Source: Ophelia neglecta (taxonomy: Eukaryota). From it: DNA of 64,000 bases. A program made the position numbers and the translations under genes. This document shows, piece by piece, positions 40,701 to 54,559 of the stretch. The stretch's first letter is position 1. Each line of letters starts with the position of its first letter. Location: assembly GCA_965285935.1 (NCBI GenBank), contig OZ260662.1, positions 50,406,001 to 50,470,000 on the forward strand, in the 5' to 3' direction. The notes under the pieces are model-generated. The model searched no databases. It was not told the DNA's origin and saw nothing but the letters and a program-made list of their open reading frames with translations.

Positions 40701-43700
40701 TATTATGTTATGTTAGTTGCCAAGAACTGAGGGCACATTTGACCTTTCTGCTGAACTTGGTCGAGCTTTAGCCTCGAAGGTTGTCATCGATTGTCTCCTA
40801 CGTGCAGACCAAAGTTCTTTACCATGAAGAGCAGATCCCACGCTGTTGTAGGCCTATTGAATATCAGCTTTTCCATTTTCCTACACGCTGGGTATTGTAA
40901 TTATAGTAATGGTTGTCTTACTAAGTAAGGTTAATGCAACTCGGTTCCGGCCTGTATACTCTTATCAAGTATCAAGTTGATACTTGTTGACTTAGGTCTT
41001 AATAATTAAACCTTGCATGTCTTTTGCATTTCTGTAGGTTTTAATAATACTAATTTAATGTTGATAAGTAAAATGTACACCTAGGCTTATGTTCAGTCAC
41101 GCGCGATTCAGTATGAGAATAATCAGTGTTCACAAAAATAACGTTTACAATAGGGCCTGGCATATAGATTTTGAAATATCGAATTTTGTATTCTAACAAG
41201 AACAATGTAATGCAGCACGTTATATATGTGTGCATGACATGACCCCAGCTTACATACGACACCGATTGCGTGATTATTACTTGACTTCGTACTAAGTTTT
41301 ACCAAATTAAGAAGATTCTGTAACAAAATATGTTTGTTGCCTAACCCAAAGCCTATAATATATACAGAATGTTATGAAGTAACTTCCCACTGAGAATCGA
41401 TTCGTTGTCTTCAATCTAGATCATGCCAAACACCAAGTCATTGTGTGGGAAGTTTAACTGGCTGCCAAAGAGAAAAACAGTCTTGTAACTGAGACATAAA
41501 ATAACCTGTCTAGACAGTCCACCTCCATAATCAGACCAGGCTTTTCCAATCACTTGAGTGGTCTTGATTCACAGATTTCTTAATCGTGCAGTGATATGAA
41601 TAATATAATGCAAGATTTGTTACCTGCCCTCAGCACATAGAGCATGATAGCAGAAAGATTTGGTAGAATGTCCACAATATTAATAAAATAGCCTGCCCAT
41701 TTCAATGAAATTAATAAGCGCGGCAAGCCTCTATTAAGCTTCCAATGTATTTGAACATAGATTATTAAAGTCCCCCCCCCCCCTCACATCCGCCCACACG
41801 TACTTCTGTATCATGCACCAACCACCGCCGTCCCTATACAATATACATGTATGTGAATAGAATAGCAACAATTCGTATTCATAAACATATGCATTTATTA
41901 TTTATTATAACTGAATAACTCATTGTTGCAAGGTGTCATTCAAGGTTAACATAGAATGAGGTGTACTACTACCACGACAAAAACATTCCTATTCTAAATA
42001 TGTACATACCATTTTGGGTTATAATTGGTCTACCTTATCTTGTAAACCTCTATAATTTGTTTTTATGTCCTAAAAGTTTATGTGTAGATTGATACGCATG
42101 GGCTCTCGTGGCTTGGGATGCCCTGCAGGGCAGTTTCCTTTGAATGCGTAGCTTGATTCCAATACTTTCGCGCTCATAAAACACGTCGATTTATAAATGA
42201 TTAATTCACACCCGAGCTCCGTTAAATAAGAACGCTTAAACATGTTGTATTTCACATTAAATATCTCAAATAATAGGCATGGACGTCATATCGATATACA
42301 TGTATGTCATCAATATTGGTGTATTCTAGCCTTTAATATGTCTGTGTGCTCCTGTTAGAATAATCGAATTCGATTGGACCATCAGGGCAGTAATGGATTA
42401 AAACCATATATGTTCGGAATAAAAGTGTATAGGAGCATAGTGATCTAGATGAAATGGACGCGCTGCTTGACAAAAATAGACATGGGTATAAACAGGTCAA
42501 TAGTCTACCGCAGACACACACGAATAATCACGTCTATAGACTTCAATAATAACTAGATTATATTTTACACATTATACGTAAATTTTAATATTTTTAGCAT
42601 GAAAGTTTATACCATGGACTTACTTTTATTTAAACATGTTAATGTAACTGTAAATTGGTCATGCTTAAATGTAAAGCGCTTAGAGCTTTGTATAAGCGCT
42701 GTATAAGTACATGTATAATAATAATAATAATAATAACAGACAGCTATGACTCTACTAGAATCATTATAAAGTATACTTGTGCAAGACTGCTGCAGACAGA
42801 TAGACAAAGACTATACGCAGAAATAAGTCCATATATAGCATCAATGAATATGTAGGCCCACAACATAGATATTGTGTGAGGGATCATGGACAGTAAAGGC
42901 CTCTGCAATGCGGCTAGAGGGATAATTAGTGCACTGAGCCGTAAAAATGCACTGTATTTTTAATTCGATATGGAAGGAACACGAATTATTGGTAAGAACG
43001 AATATGAAATACAATGATTTCAGATGTTTATAAACCTGATCCTACTAGTAAGAAATATTCAGACAAATAATATTTCATAAATCCGTAAAAGTTTACTATT
43101 ACTTTAGGTATTAAATGTTTGAATCTCAGAAACTAACCGTTATAACAACCAGCTGTTATATTTCATCCATGTCATAGTACTTAAATGACATGGGAAGGGA
43201 TCGACCTGCTGCAGGCCACGGTAACGTTACGTCAATCCGGTCTTTTTCATCGTTGTTATGTGTAGTTGCTGATAGAAACGAGTAAATGCCGAAATGTTAT
43301 TAGTTGCATGATTCTGATGAATCCGAAAATTTGAATTATTATGTTTTTTAAAAAATAAATTCAATAATATTTCGATTGAGTGAAACTGAAGTGTTCTGAA
43401 GTGTTGAATGTTAAACATAAGAAATTCATTACCCTGCTTCCATCTCGTCATTTATAGAGGTAGCGTGTTGGTAGATATAGGTCTGGGCAGACGCATATCT
43501 ATCACTCCGATAAATATCTGATATAATAACACCAGGCGATAATGACGCATCATATATACATGTACATGTAGATAGAAAATGAATTCAATGTGAATATCCC
43601 AGTTTTTGCATTATCTATGAATTAAGTTCTTAATGAAATCGTATCAAAAAAATACTTTTACTCTTTTTATCTGCCGTAAGATATATCTATAGGGGATTGT

Positions 43701-46700
43701 AATATTTATATATAAAAACTACGCTGACACAATCTTATAATTGGCCATCATCATCAGCCGCGTAGGCCTACGAACCACACCTTAGTATTTCTGGTCACGT
43801 GGCTTGTGGCTATTTTACCTACTTAGTCCCCCACGTGTACATTGTTAGTGAGTGAATCGTTTCATCCCTTTGGCGTCTTAGCCATAGCCAAATACTTTTT
43901 ATGTAGACAACCTATCCTGTGTATACTTAAAACGAGATATCGCGCCTAAACCGTGACCAGACGAGATATTAATCAACTAATTCAGCAGTGAATGAGTAAA
44001 TAAATTATGATTCATCAACTTATTCAGCAGTGAATGAGTTAATTAATTATGATTCAAGCTTGTTAATAAATAAAACGTTATTTTTGTACTATCAGGCGCT
44101 GGAGGACTGTGGGGCGTTGTCTAAGGTGAAGCGGGTCGGAGGTAGTAGTGCCGGTGCTATTTGTGGCGGGCTGCTCGCTGTCGGCTGCTCACCACAGGAA
44201 ATAGCAGACGTCTTTGAGGGTGACATCCAGTGGCTTTTTCATGGTAAGCAAAACTTTTCATTGGCAGTCGTTCAATATACAACCAGGGAAATCAAAACCG
44301 AAGGCAAAGGTCATTCCTCAGGGCATACTCTAAAACATGTTACAAGATACAGAGGAAATAAGAGATGCACGGATATGAAGAAAAAAATAAATAGGTGTGG
44401 TCGTGACCGGGTTAATGTGGAAACTAAAACTTGTCCGTTTAGGGGAACAGAAAGTAGCTTTGGCATATATATTAAGTGCAATCTGGGTGTATCATATTTG
44501 ATAATGCCATGGGCCTATGTAATACATATAGCGGTAACTGTGTTAACTGTACAGTTTTGGTAGTTCACCAGATCACTTGACATTATGATGGGCTAAGATC
44601 AAATGTAGTTATGCTATAATACCAAAGTGTATTATATTACTCAAAAAGGAAATCTATCATGATATATGCCCACAAGCCGAGGGTTCTTCGCAGAGATTCG
44701 CCGCCGTACACTCGGAAAGATCATATAGCTGTGTTCTCTGCTACGAAGAGTAACGCCCTCTCCAAGACAACTTGAAGGGGGTTAGGTAGCTTAACTATAA
44801 TGTATGGAAATAATTATAGGCCTATATAGACATGAAATGAAGCGTAAAATATCGATTATTTAGGTTTGTTGTAGGACCTACATGTATATACATAGTAAAG
44901 AAGTGCTCACAAATTATTACAATTAATCAATATGTTCATATACGTATACATATTAACATCTATCACACATACCTATTGTATGTATACATTGTACCTATTA
45001 CAACTAGTTATAATACGCTATAATTATGTGTGATACATTTATTTGTGTGATACATGTATATTAATTATGTTATAAATATAGTATGTAAGAAAATATCCAA
45101 ATTTATAATTTATTAGAAATTCAAGCGCCTGTGGTAATATAAAGGGTTGTGTAAATCAAAAAACATTACATTTAACGTCTGCTACATTTTATCCTCAGAC
45201 TAACTGGTCTCTCAACCAGGCCTGATTAAGCATTCTTATCAGACGTACCTGATAATGTTCTACCATTTTGCAGCCATTTTTGCCGTTGTGTAATTTTTGC
45301 CGTTGTGTAATGAGTGTAATTGTCCAGTAGCAATATCGATAAAGATATTTCAATCAAAGGGACTTTCTCAAGATAATTATGTTAGAATATAAATTTGGCA
45401 TCCGCACATCCAATGTATGTTATAATTTTCGTTCTCGCCATGCAGATCAGAAATGCCAGTGCTGCTGCTGTTTGCCACTCATTTGCAGCAAGTATGGCGT
45501 CACCCCCGCCAAGAGATTCCAGAAAATATATGGAGAACATATCGCTCGAAAGACAGGAAATCCTGATCTTACGTTTGCTCAGGTACAATAAAATACTAGG
45601 CATATACTAGGAGGCCTATAGTGTTATAATTGACTATTTGTTAATAATTCTTTTGTTCTGCTGATGTTTTGCTTTTCAATTTAACTACAATGAATAAACT
45701 ATATTTTTTACTATTTTCAGTTGTACAAGGAGTATGGTAGAGAATTCTGTGTGGTTGTCACAAATCTGAATAGGATGTGTTCTGAATACTGCAATGTACG
45801 GACCACCCCGGACCTTACTATAAAAAAGGCTGTGCGAATGTCCATGTCATTCCCCCGTACGTTCATTACGTTGTGTTTACAGTGGCACCACCTCGTCCAT
45901 TTCTGTTTCCCTTTTTCTTGTTCTCCAAACAAGGTCAATATTGGAACCTAATGTTTCGAATGTTCTAGATGTCATTGACGTTGGCCCCATGGTTACGCCA
46001 TGCATTCTCCTGTCGCTTGTTAGTTTAAAGGCAAAACGCTTATGTTGTGTGAAAGTGGAATAACATTAAAATGAAACCTCTGTGAATATTCGCAATATTT
46101 TATGGATGACACATGTAGAAACTAACGTTGAGTCCAGTAGTACCGTAAAATGACATTTTCGTACAACTTTATCATTCGTGTGAATCTTTTTCATCACGAA
46201 CCTCGGGGATATAAAGTGGACCCTTGAATTTCACGTTTTAAAGGATCTTTAGTTTATTCATTACCAGCTGCATGATTTTTTACGTGTCGTGTGTGAATGC
46301 GGACATGAATGAATTTAGTCTACACTTTTATTTTAAGTTTTTAACTGCCCATGAAAGTTTAAAACCAAGGGTTCAATAATTATGGCCAATCGTTGTTAAC
46401 AAATGAGCATTGGAATTGATTGATTAAATTATCTTTTATAATGAAATCAATATATCAGCTCAATAGTTTGTTTGCTTCGGGTGTGCTTGCAGTTGTGTAC
46501 CAGGCTGTTAAGGCTAACCTGAATGGCACCCCCTCGCTCTACCTCGACGGTGGCATGCTCGATCAATATCCTGTTCACTGTTTTGATGGTAAGCAACCAG
46601 TGGATTTAAAACGGAGTAATATCAGGCCTACATGGTTATTTTCAAGGTTTTTACAGACACTTTTCATGCACTATCGATCAATCGTGAATAGTCAATTATT

Positions 46701-49124
46701 GAAATATGTGTATACTGGTTAATCACTAGGAGCCAAACCCATTGATAGCAAAGTTTTTTCGACCTGCTATTTCGCGATTTTGACTCAATTGATTCATCTT
46801 TAACCTTATGACAGGGCCAGAAGCTGAGTTAAATCACAACACCAAGGAGCCAGGTTCTGAAGAATTTTTCAATGACAAGACACTCGGTCTTTACGTTGTG
46901 AGTACCCCCACCCAACCCACCCCCTAAAGCTCCCTTTATTTTTTTCCGAATTAGGCTTTTGTTCAGTTAATTGAGCAAAACACACAACTTGAAAGTGGTA
47001 TTTCATGTCAGTTGGCAATCTAGCAACTTTCTTTGTGCTGATTAAAACTTGTTTCTTTATAGCAGTTGTTCTTGATCTATGTCAGTTATATAGAAAAGAA
47101 TTGGCTTCAAGCCATTTACACAGAGCGAAACAAGCCGATGTATGTAGACCTATGTGACTAACGACTGCATGAATATATAAACAGGTCTCCGAGACTGCTC
47201 TGGACTATAAAATATGGAGACAACTGTTTGACTGCGAACTTCCCAGCAAACCGACATATCTTCCAGACACAAAGCTTGCCAGGTCAGAACTAAAATACAG
47301 TGTAGGAACATCGTAAACGAATAATTTATTGTGATTTCCTCATATATAATACATTAATTGTTACATATATTTTTAACCCACTGATCATGATATAAAATAT
47401 AGGTTATACATAAAGCTTTATTTTACAATTTTCATTATAAAGTCGTGTCGAGGGTGTACGACAGTAGTGATATTCATGTGTATATATAGATATAGATATA
47501 GATATATATTATTTATAATATATATATTATTTTTACATACTTGACTAAGTATTATTTTACGGAAGGGACCGTGTGGAATGTGAATTTACTATTTCAGGGT
47601 AAGGTTAAAAGAGGAGATCGAGCGAAGGAAGAAAAGAGTTAAAGGATTCAGCAGAAAAAGTGTAAGTCGGCTCATAAATTTGATTCCGTTTGTTTGTAAG
47701 TTTTCTTTAAACTCAGAAAGCCTAATACCATTACATGTCCCCACACGTTAATGTTAACTTAAAAAGAACAAATTGACTTAAGACTTTTCTATTGCATGAC
47801 AACTACATTCCCCACCCCAATGATATGTCTGCGTTTTCTGCGTTTTAGGTTATAGGCCTATTATTTCACTGTTAAGTGTTTTGCACATTTATTGTTAATT
47901 TCTTCCCTGTTTAATGCATGTGGCACTACCATCGAGCGCTTTTCCGCCTGTGAATTTAACTGAGCTGATTTAAATCTCCAGTTTAAGGCCGAGCTCAAGT
48001 CCACGCCCTCCTTCACCGTCCCAGATCACGCTGTACACTATGACATCTTCAATAAAAGTCACGTAGACATTAGCAACTTTGGACAGTATTTTGTAACCGC
48101 CATAGAGACGCTGCTCATATCTCAGAGGAAACTACACGTCAAGGTCAGAGTAGTATACATTGTGTAGGCTGTTGAGCAGATATTCTTAGAGTGCACGAAT
48201 AAGTTTATCCAGCGACAATTTGATCTGGCCAAGGTCAGGTATGAAATTATATGCAATTAACAATTTAAAGAACAGCAATTTAAACAAAATTGAATTATTT
48301 ATAATGAACAGACGAGCGACTCAAACAGAACAGTGGCGATCAACTGTGGATATATAGGAACCAATGATTATGTCATCGAACCGGCCGATAGAGAATTCAT
48401 GTTAAGGGTAAGTTGTAAAAGATATAAAAAAAAACATTCTCAAGGGTTGTTTTCCTTACAATTGGACGTCGAGTATTCTAAACTTTCATATTGAGTTCCT
48501 CTTGTATTAGGAATGATTTGAATGGCTTATTAATGAAGTTTGTGTATTTTGGGTCAAACCAAGGCCAAAAGTTTAGTCATTTCAACCAGTATTTTCACAT
48601 GCAGTTTTCTTGGTCGTCTATTTATAACAGTTATAAAAGTACATAAAGCTGTTGGATGTTTCAAGAAAAGCAGCACTTTTTCATGTTTTTTGGGTAATTT
48701 AATTGTTCAGTATGTCCCCATAAAACATTTTCCGCAAAAATGACTTCAGATCAAAGTTACAAATAACGGTCAATGGAGGTATTAACAACCCCAATAGCAT
48801 GTATAGCACCCTCAAATATTTGGGTTATATTATTAGGTTATTATCAACAGAAAACGTACCGTTAGTTTTGTTTCTTTTTTAAAAATGTGTGATTTCTCTT
48901 CATAAATGCAGCAAGGATACGTTCACACTCGAACATTTCTTCAAAATTATGGAAAGCCAGATACAAGCGAGGACGTGGGGATCGTGATCAATGGAAACCC
49001 GTGGACCATGACTCGAGATACCTCGGTCGAGGCTGATGGAAAGGCCGATGGAGAAGCTAGTGGGGATACATGTAGCCTTGAGGCTAGAAATTCAGCTTCT
49101 TCGTCCCATGAAACGCCGGTATAG
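34789..49124 (+). CDS. Patatin-like phospholipase of the ExoU/VipD-like (bacterial-type) subfamily, 11 coding exons, 523 aa
   Basis: Exons: 34789-35127, 44096-44243, 45446-45582, 45721-45856, 46493-46588, 46815-46897, 47185-47282, 47598-47661, 47982-48143, 48312-48407, 48912-49124. Total 1572 nt, phases consistent, all GT-AG. Motifs: FENIVMSGGGSKG (oxyanion loop), GSSAG (catalytic Ser), AVRMSMSFP, YLDGG (catalytic Asp), KTLGL, RTVAINCGYIGT. Confidence 0.92.
36068..36254 (+). mobile_element. 5'-truncated SINE (resembles Meta-domain SINEs) with (AAC)n tail, in patatin intron 1
   Basis: Core GACTGGTCAACTCGGTGTCAGTATAATGAGACTGGGTGGG...CCAGT..GCACCACTATAAAG and 3' end TGTTAAAAGCCACGTAAAACCCCAAACAACAACAAC. 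Family assignment is from memory of invertebrate SINE consensus sequences; no tRNA head seen. Confidence 0.6.
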
Positions 49125-50144
49125 GCTGTTTCATACAACTTACAGTGTAACTATACTTCGAATGGTGACTATTTTGTAATGGTTATAACTATATATACAT
49201 CTATATTCGTTTTTACTGGGCGATATTAGTTTCCTATACAACATATAAAAAGTATATTGCAGTTAGCTGAGTATGAATTTCAGAAGCACATCTGTGATTA
49301 GTGAAAATCATTCTACTTGCATACCTGGTGTAACTATGATGGCCTGTGATCTTGCATAAAGTTTTCGGCCGTTCAAAGCCCGCCGGTTTATTTCTTACGG
49401 GAATCAAGTTTTATGTTAATGTAACAAATTTCAACTGTGATACAAGCAGAGCTGTGATACGTATATCAGGGAACGACAAATTATACGTACATGTAATTTT
49501 AAGATGGTACAGGACGCTGCACATGTCCCCCATGTCAGAGCGTTAGTGCTCTTGATGGTGGAAAAGAATATCTAACGTTACTAAACCAGATTTGATTAGA
49601 AGCGAACGCTCCGAAAGACGTGAGCCATCTCACATAGGTTTATGAGCCATATGGTTCAAAATTATTGGCCTTTTTGTTATTATGAGTGGCTTAACCCAAT
49701 TTACAAGATTTCACAGCTAAGACACTTTTTATGGTACTGTTGTCTTGAATTTTAAACTACGAAGCAGACATTCTGATTGAATGTAACTTGAAGTAACATT
49801 TCGTTGACATCCATCATGCAGCTGATCTGTTTGAAATTGTTAAAAAACGACTACTTCAGTTTATTTGAAACTTGAGCGATGTCTTTACTTTGCAGTCTGA
49901 ATAACATGATAATTCCTGGAAGAGGATAAGATATATGATAGAATAATTGTATCTATAAAAGTTGGCCTATTTGTTTCTTGAGTTACTCATCAAAGGCAAA
50001 CTGGGCCTAAAGCTGTATGTTTATGTGTAATTGTGTCATTTCGATGGCAGTGTAGTTGTGTATTATTTTTATATTTTAGAGTTTTGTTTGTGTGTATAGC
50101 CTGCTTGTATAGCTTGTAAATGCCCTATGTTATAGGCGTATAGA

Positions 50145-50229
50145 CTTGGCTTGGCTAGGCTTGGCTAGGCCTGGCCAGGCCTGGCCAAGCCTGGCTCGGT
50201 CTCCGAGACTGGCTCGGCCTGGCTAGGCA
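50145..50229. repeat. Degenerate pentamer repeat (GGCTT/GGCTA/GGCCT) downstream of the patatin stop codon
   Basis: cttggcttggctaggcttggctaggcctggccaggcctggcc... Confidence 0.8.
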
Positions 50230-53200
50230 TATTGTGCCTGGAACCATGATGGTCTGCAGCTACTTTAATTGGACTTGGCATTGTACAACTATGCATACTG
50301 ACTGTTTTTGTTCTTAATTATATGTATTTATTTGTCAAGTGTTATATAGATGATTGTACAAATACATTGTTTGTATTATTTATAACGTTTCTAATGTGAT
50401 TGTTGTATTTGTTGCATTCAATTCACATTCCAGTCGGGCTTAGCCAAGATGACCTAAAATAAAAAATATGTGAATGAAATTATAAGTGGATTACATTGAA
50501 CAGTGTATTAGTTAATATCGTGGGTGGCATAGACGTACGCGCAATAGGTCTAGTGTATGTAGGCTTGTATATATTTAAAGCTTTACTAATCATCGTCCAT
50601 CGTTCTCCATGCAAGAACATTAGTAACCGACCCCCAAAAAAACAGGGTACTATAGGCCTAGTGGTCTTGTGGTAATATATGACAATAATTTACAGCTATG
50701 ATGTAAAAGTGTTTTAAGCGTTAATCTGTAATAATCAGTGGTCAGCACGATGTGGATAGGGCTAATTGCAGATGTGCATGGGAATTTAAAATGGGGAATT
50801 TGTTAAACTGGCATTTTACCCCAAACTTTATATTGACCAGATCTTAAATGACCGGATGATTAATATTTAAAAAGGCTTAAAATTTTTACATCGGTTATCT
50901 TCGTTTTTTGTGTGACGACGAAATGGTTTTTAATGAGCTCACTAACGCTGCAAAATCAGTCCTTTAACCCTACTAATGCTGTAGTCTAGTAATATGCAGT
51001 GCTGCCCCCCTGCAAGATTAGGAGCTGAACTAGGCTAAGTGATGTCATCTCCGACAGGCAGTATTGGAATATGCGTAGGCTAAACTAAAACTTGTGATGA
51101 TTAAATTACTATTTTCCTAAGGATGTTTTATTCTAACTTAGATGTTTATCGTTGTTCTTTGATCACCCGTTGTGCTTAAATTAAATTAACTGTGATTGCA
51201 TATGTTTGCAATGCTCAAAATGAAACGGAACTGTTTGTGATTGAACCAAGCTACCCAGTTTATATAGGAATGAGTTTTTTGAGATGGGTGTAAAGGATTG
51301 CAGGGTACATATTTTATTTAGTTGTATACTGCCAATAGCGACCAACCTAAAAGTTATGTCGAACTAGGCCTATATCTTCTGTCCATCTCATCATTGATCT
51401 GTAGAGGAGAGGAACACACTGCTGTTAGTTGTGTTTTTTTTATCACATTATAATACAAGATCACTAAAGCTAAACCTTGATTGCATATAGTTTTAGGACT
51501 GCTATTATGAAAATTGTGAAAGGCGCAGAGTGTGTGTGTGATCGAGTTTCAGAAATAAATTTGGACCAGAAAGGCACAAAATACTGGTTTTATAGTGTTT
51601 GTTTGGTGTCCGTGATTGTCTGTATAGTTGTCTTACATATTTTAGAGATTAATTATGAAAGCACCAGATTTAAATGATAAATTTCGTGTAAATCTGTTAT
51701 ATAATTAAAAACATTTCTGGTAGTAGAATTAAGAAGAATACTATGTAAAACAACAGATCTTTATTTTGCATGAATGGACAATCGGTTGACAGTTTGTTTT
51801 AACCCACGAAATTCAATTCAGTGATTTAACAACCAGATATGCATAGCACTCAATCCGCAATGATAAAAGGCTAGGGATTATTTTACGCAATAAGGCACCC
51901 ATTTCGCAATTTGTTAGGTTTATTTGATTTTTTTTTTGATGGATGCTCCTGTTCCGTATGTTCTAAGACTAAAAGGAAAAGATCAAGTTTCCTAGGATTA
52001 GTGCAACTATAAGCGCCAGGCTCTCTCAATCCCTGGTGGAGCATTTGCTTATAATATTGATCATAGGCCTACTCTAACCACGAGCGTCTTACATATCCTA
52101 TTGACATTACATTACTACTTCATTGCGTGTAATGCACTTTCCGAATACTACTTTTTATGATAAAATGCCCTTAGAGGCTGCAAGATTTCAAAGCAAAATT
52201 AGTGCCTTTTTGCCAAATGGGTACCGTAGCAATACTACTCACTACATTATTTCACTAGTGTTGACAGTGCTGCACCCAAGTGTTCATGTTTGATGCACTG
52301 GTTTCTATCAGACTCTCAAATGATAGTATCTCAAAAGTATAGTTTACTTGAATTTTTAAAAATCAATAAAAATAATGACTAATAAAAAATACTCAAATTA
52401 TTTATACACAAAAACTATAAATAAAAACAAACTAGTCTGCAACGGGGACTGTATAAGGCCAGATATGGCATATCAGCTATGAAAAAGTTAAATTATGCGC
52501 GCGAAATGCTGCATTTACGTCAATAGGGGTAACTATAAACACATGCTGCATGTGATGTTTAATCGTGTTCATTTCAAACTCCGGCCTATAAAGATCCCCG
52601 AGGACTTGCGAATTCATTTTTTTTTTTACATTTACACCTGGAGGGCTGCCTTGATTACAGGTGCGATTAGGCAAGGTAACAGTGCCTGATGCCATTCTCT
52701 CCTGGCCGTATATATGACGTCACAAACATATTTCACTTTTACGTGCTTGTGACATAATTCATTAATTTTAAGAAAATGTAACACATTGTGTAGTGTTTCT
52801 GCTTTGTTTCCATGAGTGTAAGTTTCACTTCATAAACACTACTGTTAGGCCTATAGCGTGCAACAATATTTCACACGGGTCAGAAACCAACTCACTAACG
52901 TTACGAGAATAAATTCGGGCCAACAGTCCACCGCTGACCCGGGCTATCGCGTTTAGGACAATCTGCTCAGTTAATTATTATCACAAATACGAACAATTTC
53001 ATATCAGTCTAACTTCACAATGATTATATTTGACGACTGGAAGGGTTATAATGTTCATAAAAGGGAAAATTATACTCTGTTGCAGGCAAACGCTAAGATA
53101 GTAGTAAGGTGAAGGTGATGTGTGTAAAAATTGTCGCAGTAGTGTAAAATATCGGTAACTATACTATGGTATGATAAAACTAAACTATGAGTCTTTTATA

Positions 53201-54299
53201 TAAATGGCCTTCAATAAAATGCCCAACTAACATTATATTATATGTGAAGGGGTGTTAAAGGATTGTAGACTCCTCCTTAGGCATGCAAAAAAAAAAACTG
53301 CTCCCCCTCTGGTTTGGCGCCTCCATCCCCCCAGCTGTCGACAAATAATTATCGCTCCGGCTAATTTTGGCCAACCCAAAGTTTTTAATCTCGCTAAATA
53401 TGACGGTCAATCATTTTTTTCTTTCAAAAATCTTTCCTATCCCCTGCCCCAGTTGTCTGCCCTAATGGTGCGTCCGTATCTATTAATTAATCTTGAATAA
53501 AAAGTGTGTTTGCCATATTTCGCCAACAGATTTGATGTTCTATTAGCATGGCTAGTCAATAAGAGATGAATTAGAGGCAACTTAACGATATCTGCAAAAA
53601 CTCTATGTAGTCATAAAAATTAAATATCAAAATATCCCACCCACCCACCGCCACCCCCACAAGCTCATGAAGAATACAATGAACGACAAATAAAGGGGTC
53701 AAGGAAGCAAAGCTTATAGAGCTGACAGCGAAACAACTGGGCCCAGCTTTACCTAGTTATACCAGTACAAACGTTAGAGTTAGGTTTAGGGACAAAAATA
53801 TGAAGTTTAGCCAATCATACTAACATTAGATATCACGTAAACGTATAAACTACCGGGGTAAAGCGTTGTGTATTTGCGTAGGCCAACGTGTGTATGCTTA
53901 TAATTATAGAATCCTGCATTTACCAGTGCCGCGTAGCTTCCTATTAATGGCTTAAGGCCTACTTAATCACATGTTTCGATGTTACATTCGCGGTGCAAGT
54001 GTCCCCGTCGTATCTCGAAACAGCAGTGCGGCAAGCAGGTAAATAGTCCGTAGAAATGATCAGCTGTTTGGTCTAGTCCCGCAGCGGAGGGGGCTAACCA
54101 GCCATCATACGTGATGGCTCGATTTGTGAAAAAAAAGGCTCTGACCTTTTTTTATTGTGAACTTTGCCATATGCGTTACAGTTTATCACTGTAGGATGTT
54201 TGAATTGTGGTAGTTAGCCGAATGTATCAGAAAGACATTGTGTAGGATTTGGCGATTGAATTTATTTAGCTCTAAAAGTATAATGCAATCCCCCCTATC

Positions 54300-54559
54300 A
54301 TGTATTGACAACCACGTGTGACCTGACCCACTTTCTTCGACTCGCCTGAACCGCAATCGCGATCGTGGGGGCTCGGCACATCAGGTCACATGGCCACAGT
54401 ACCAGGCTGTGATTGGACGACCATTCTCACGCGAGTGTGTTGTGTGATCTGAGTGTTCTGACGTAGAGTAACAGGAAGAAGGGCAATACATGGCCATAGA
54501 AAATCAAAACATTCAAGCTTGTCGCCGGTTTCGACACAACCATTGCGTTTGCCGCTTAG
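54300..54559 (+). promoter_or_regulatory. Probable INSIG promoter and non-coding first exon with SREBP/NF-Y-like module
   Basis: CpG-richer patch containing E-box CACGTG 54313-54318, inverted CCAAT (ATTGG) 54412-54416, SRE-like CTCACGCGAG 54426-54435, SRE-like ATCACACAAC (minus strand) 54439-54448 and TGACGT 54459-54464. Strong donor AG|GTGAGT at 54559/54560; candidate acceptor at 57806-57807. Confidence 0.55.

Noticed and set aside
34789-49124. Bacterial contamination or recent horizontal transfer of the patatin
   Set aside because: Ten canonical spliceosomal introns, with a host SINE-like repeat inside intron 1.
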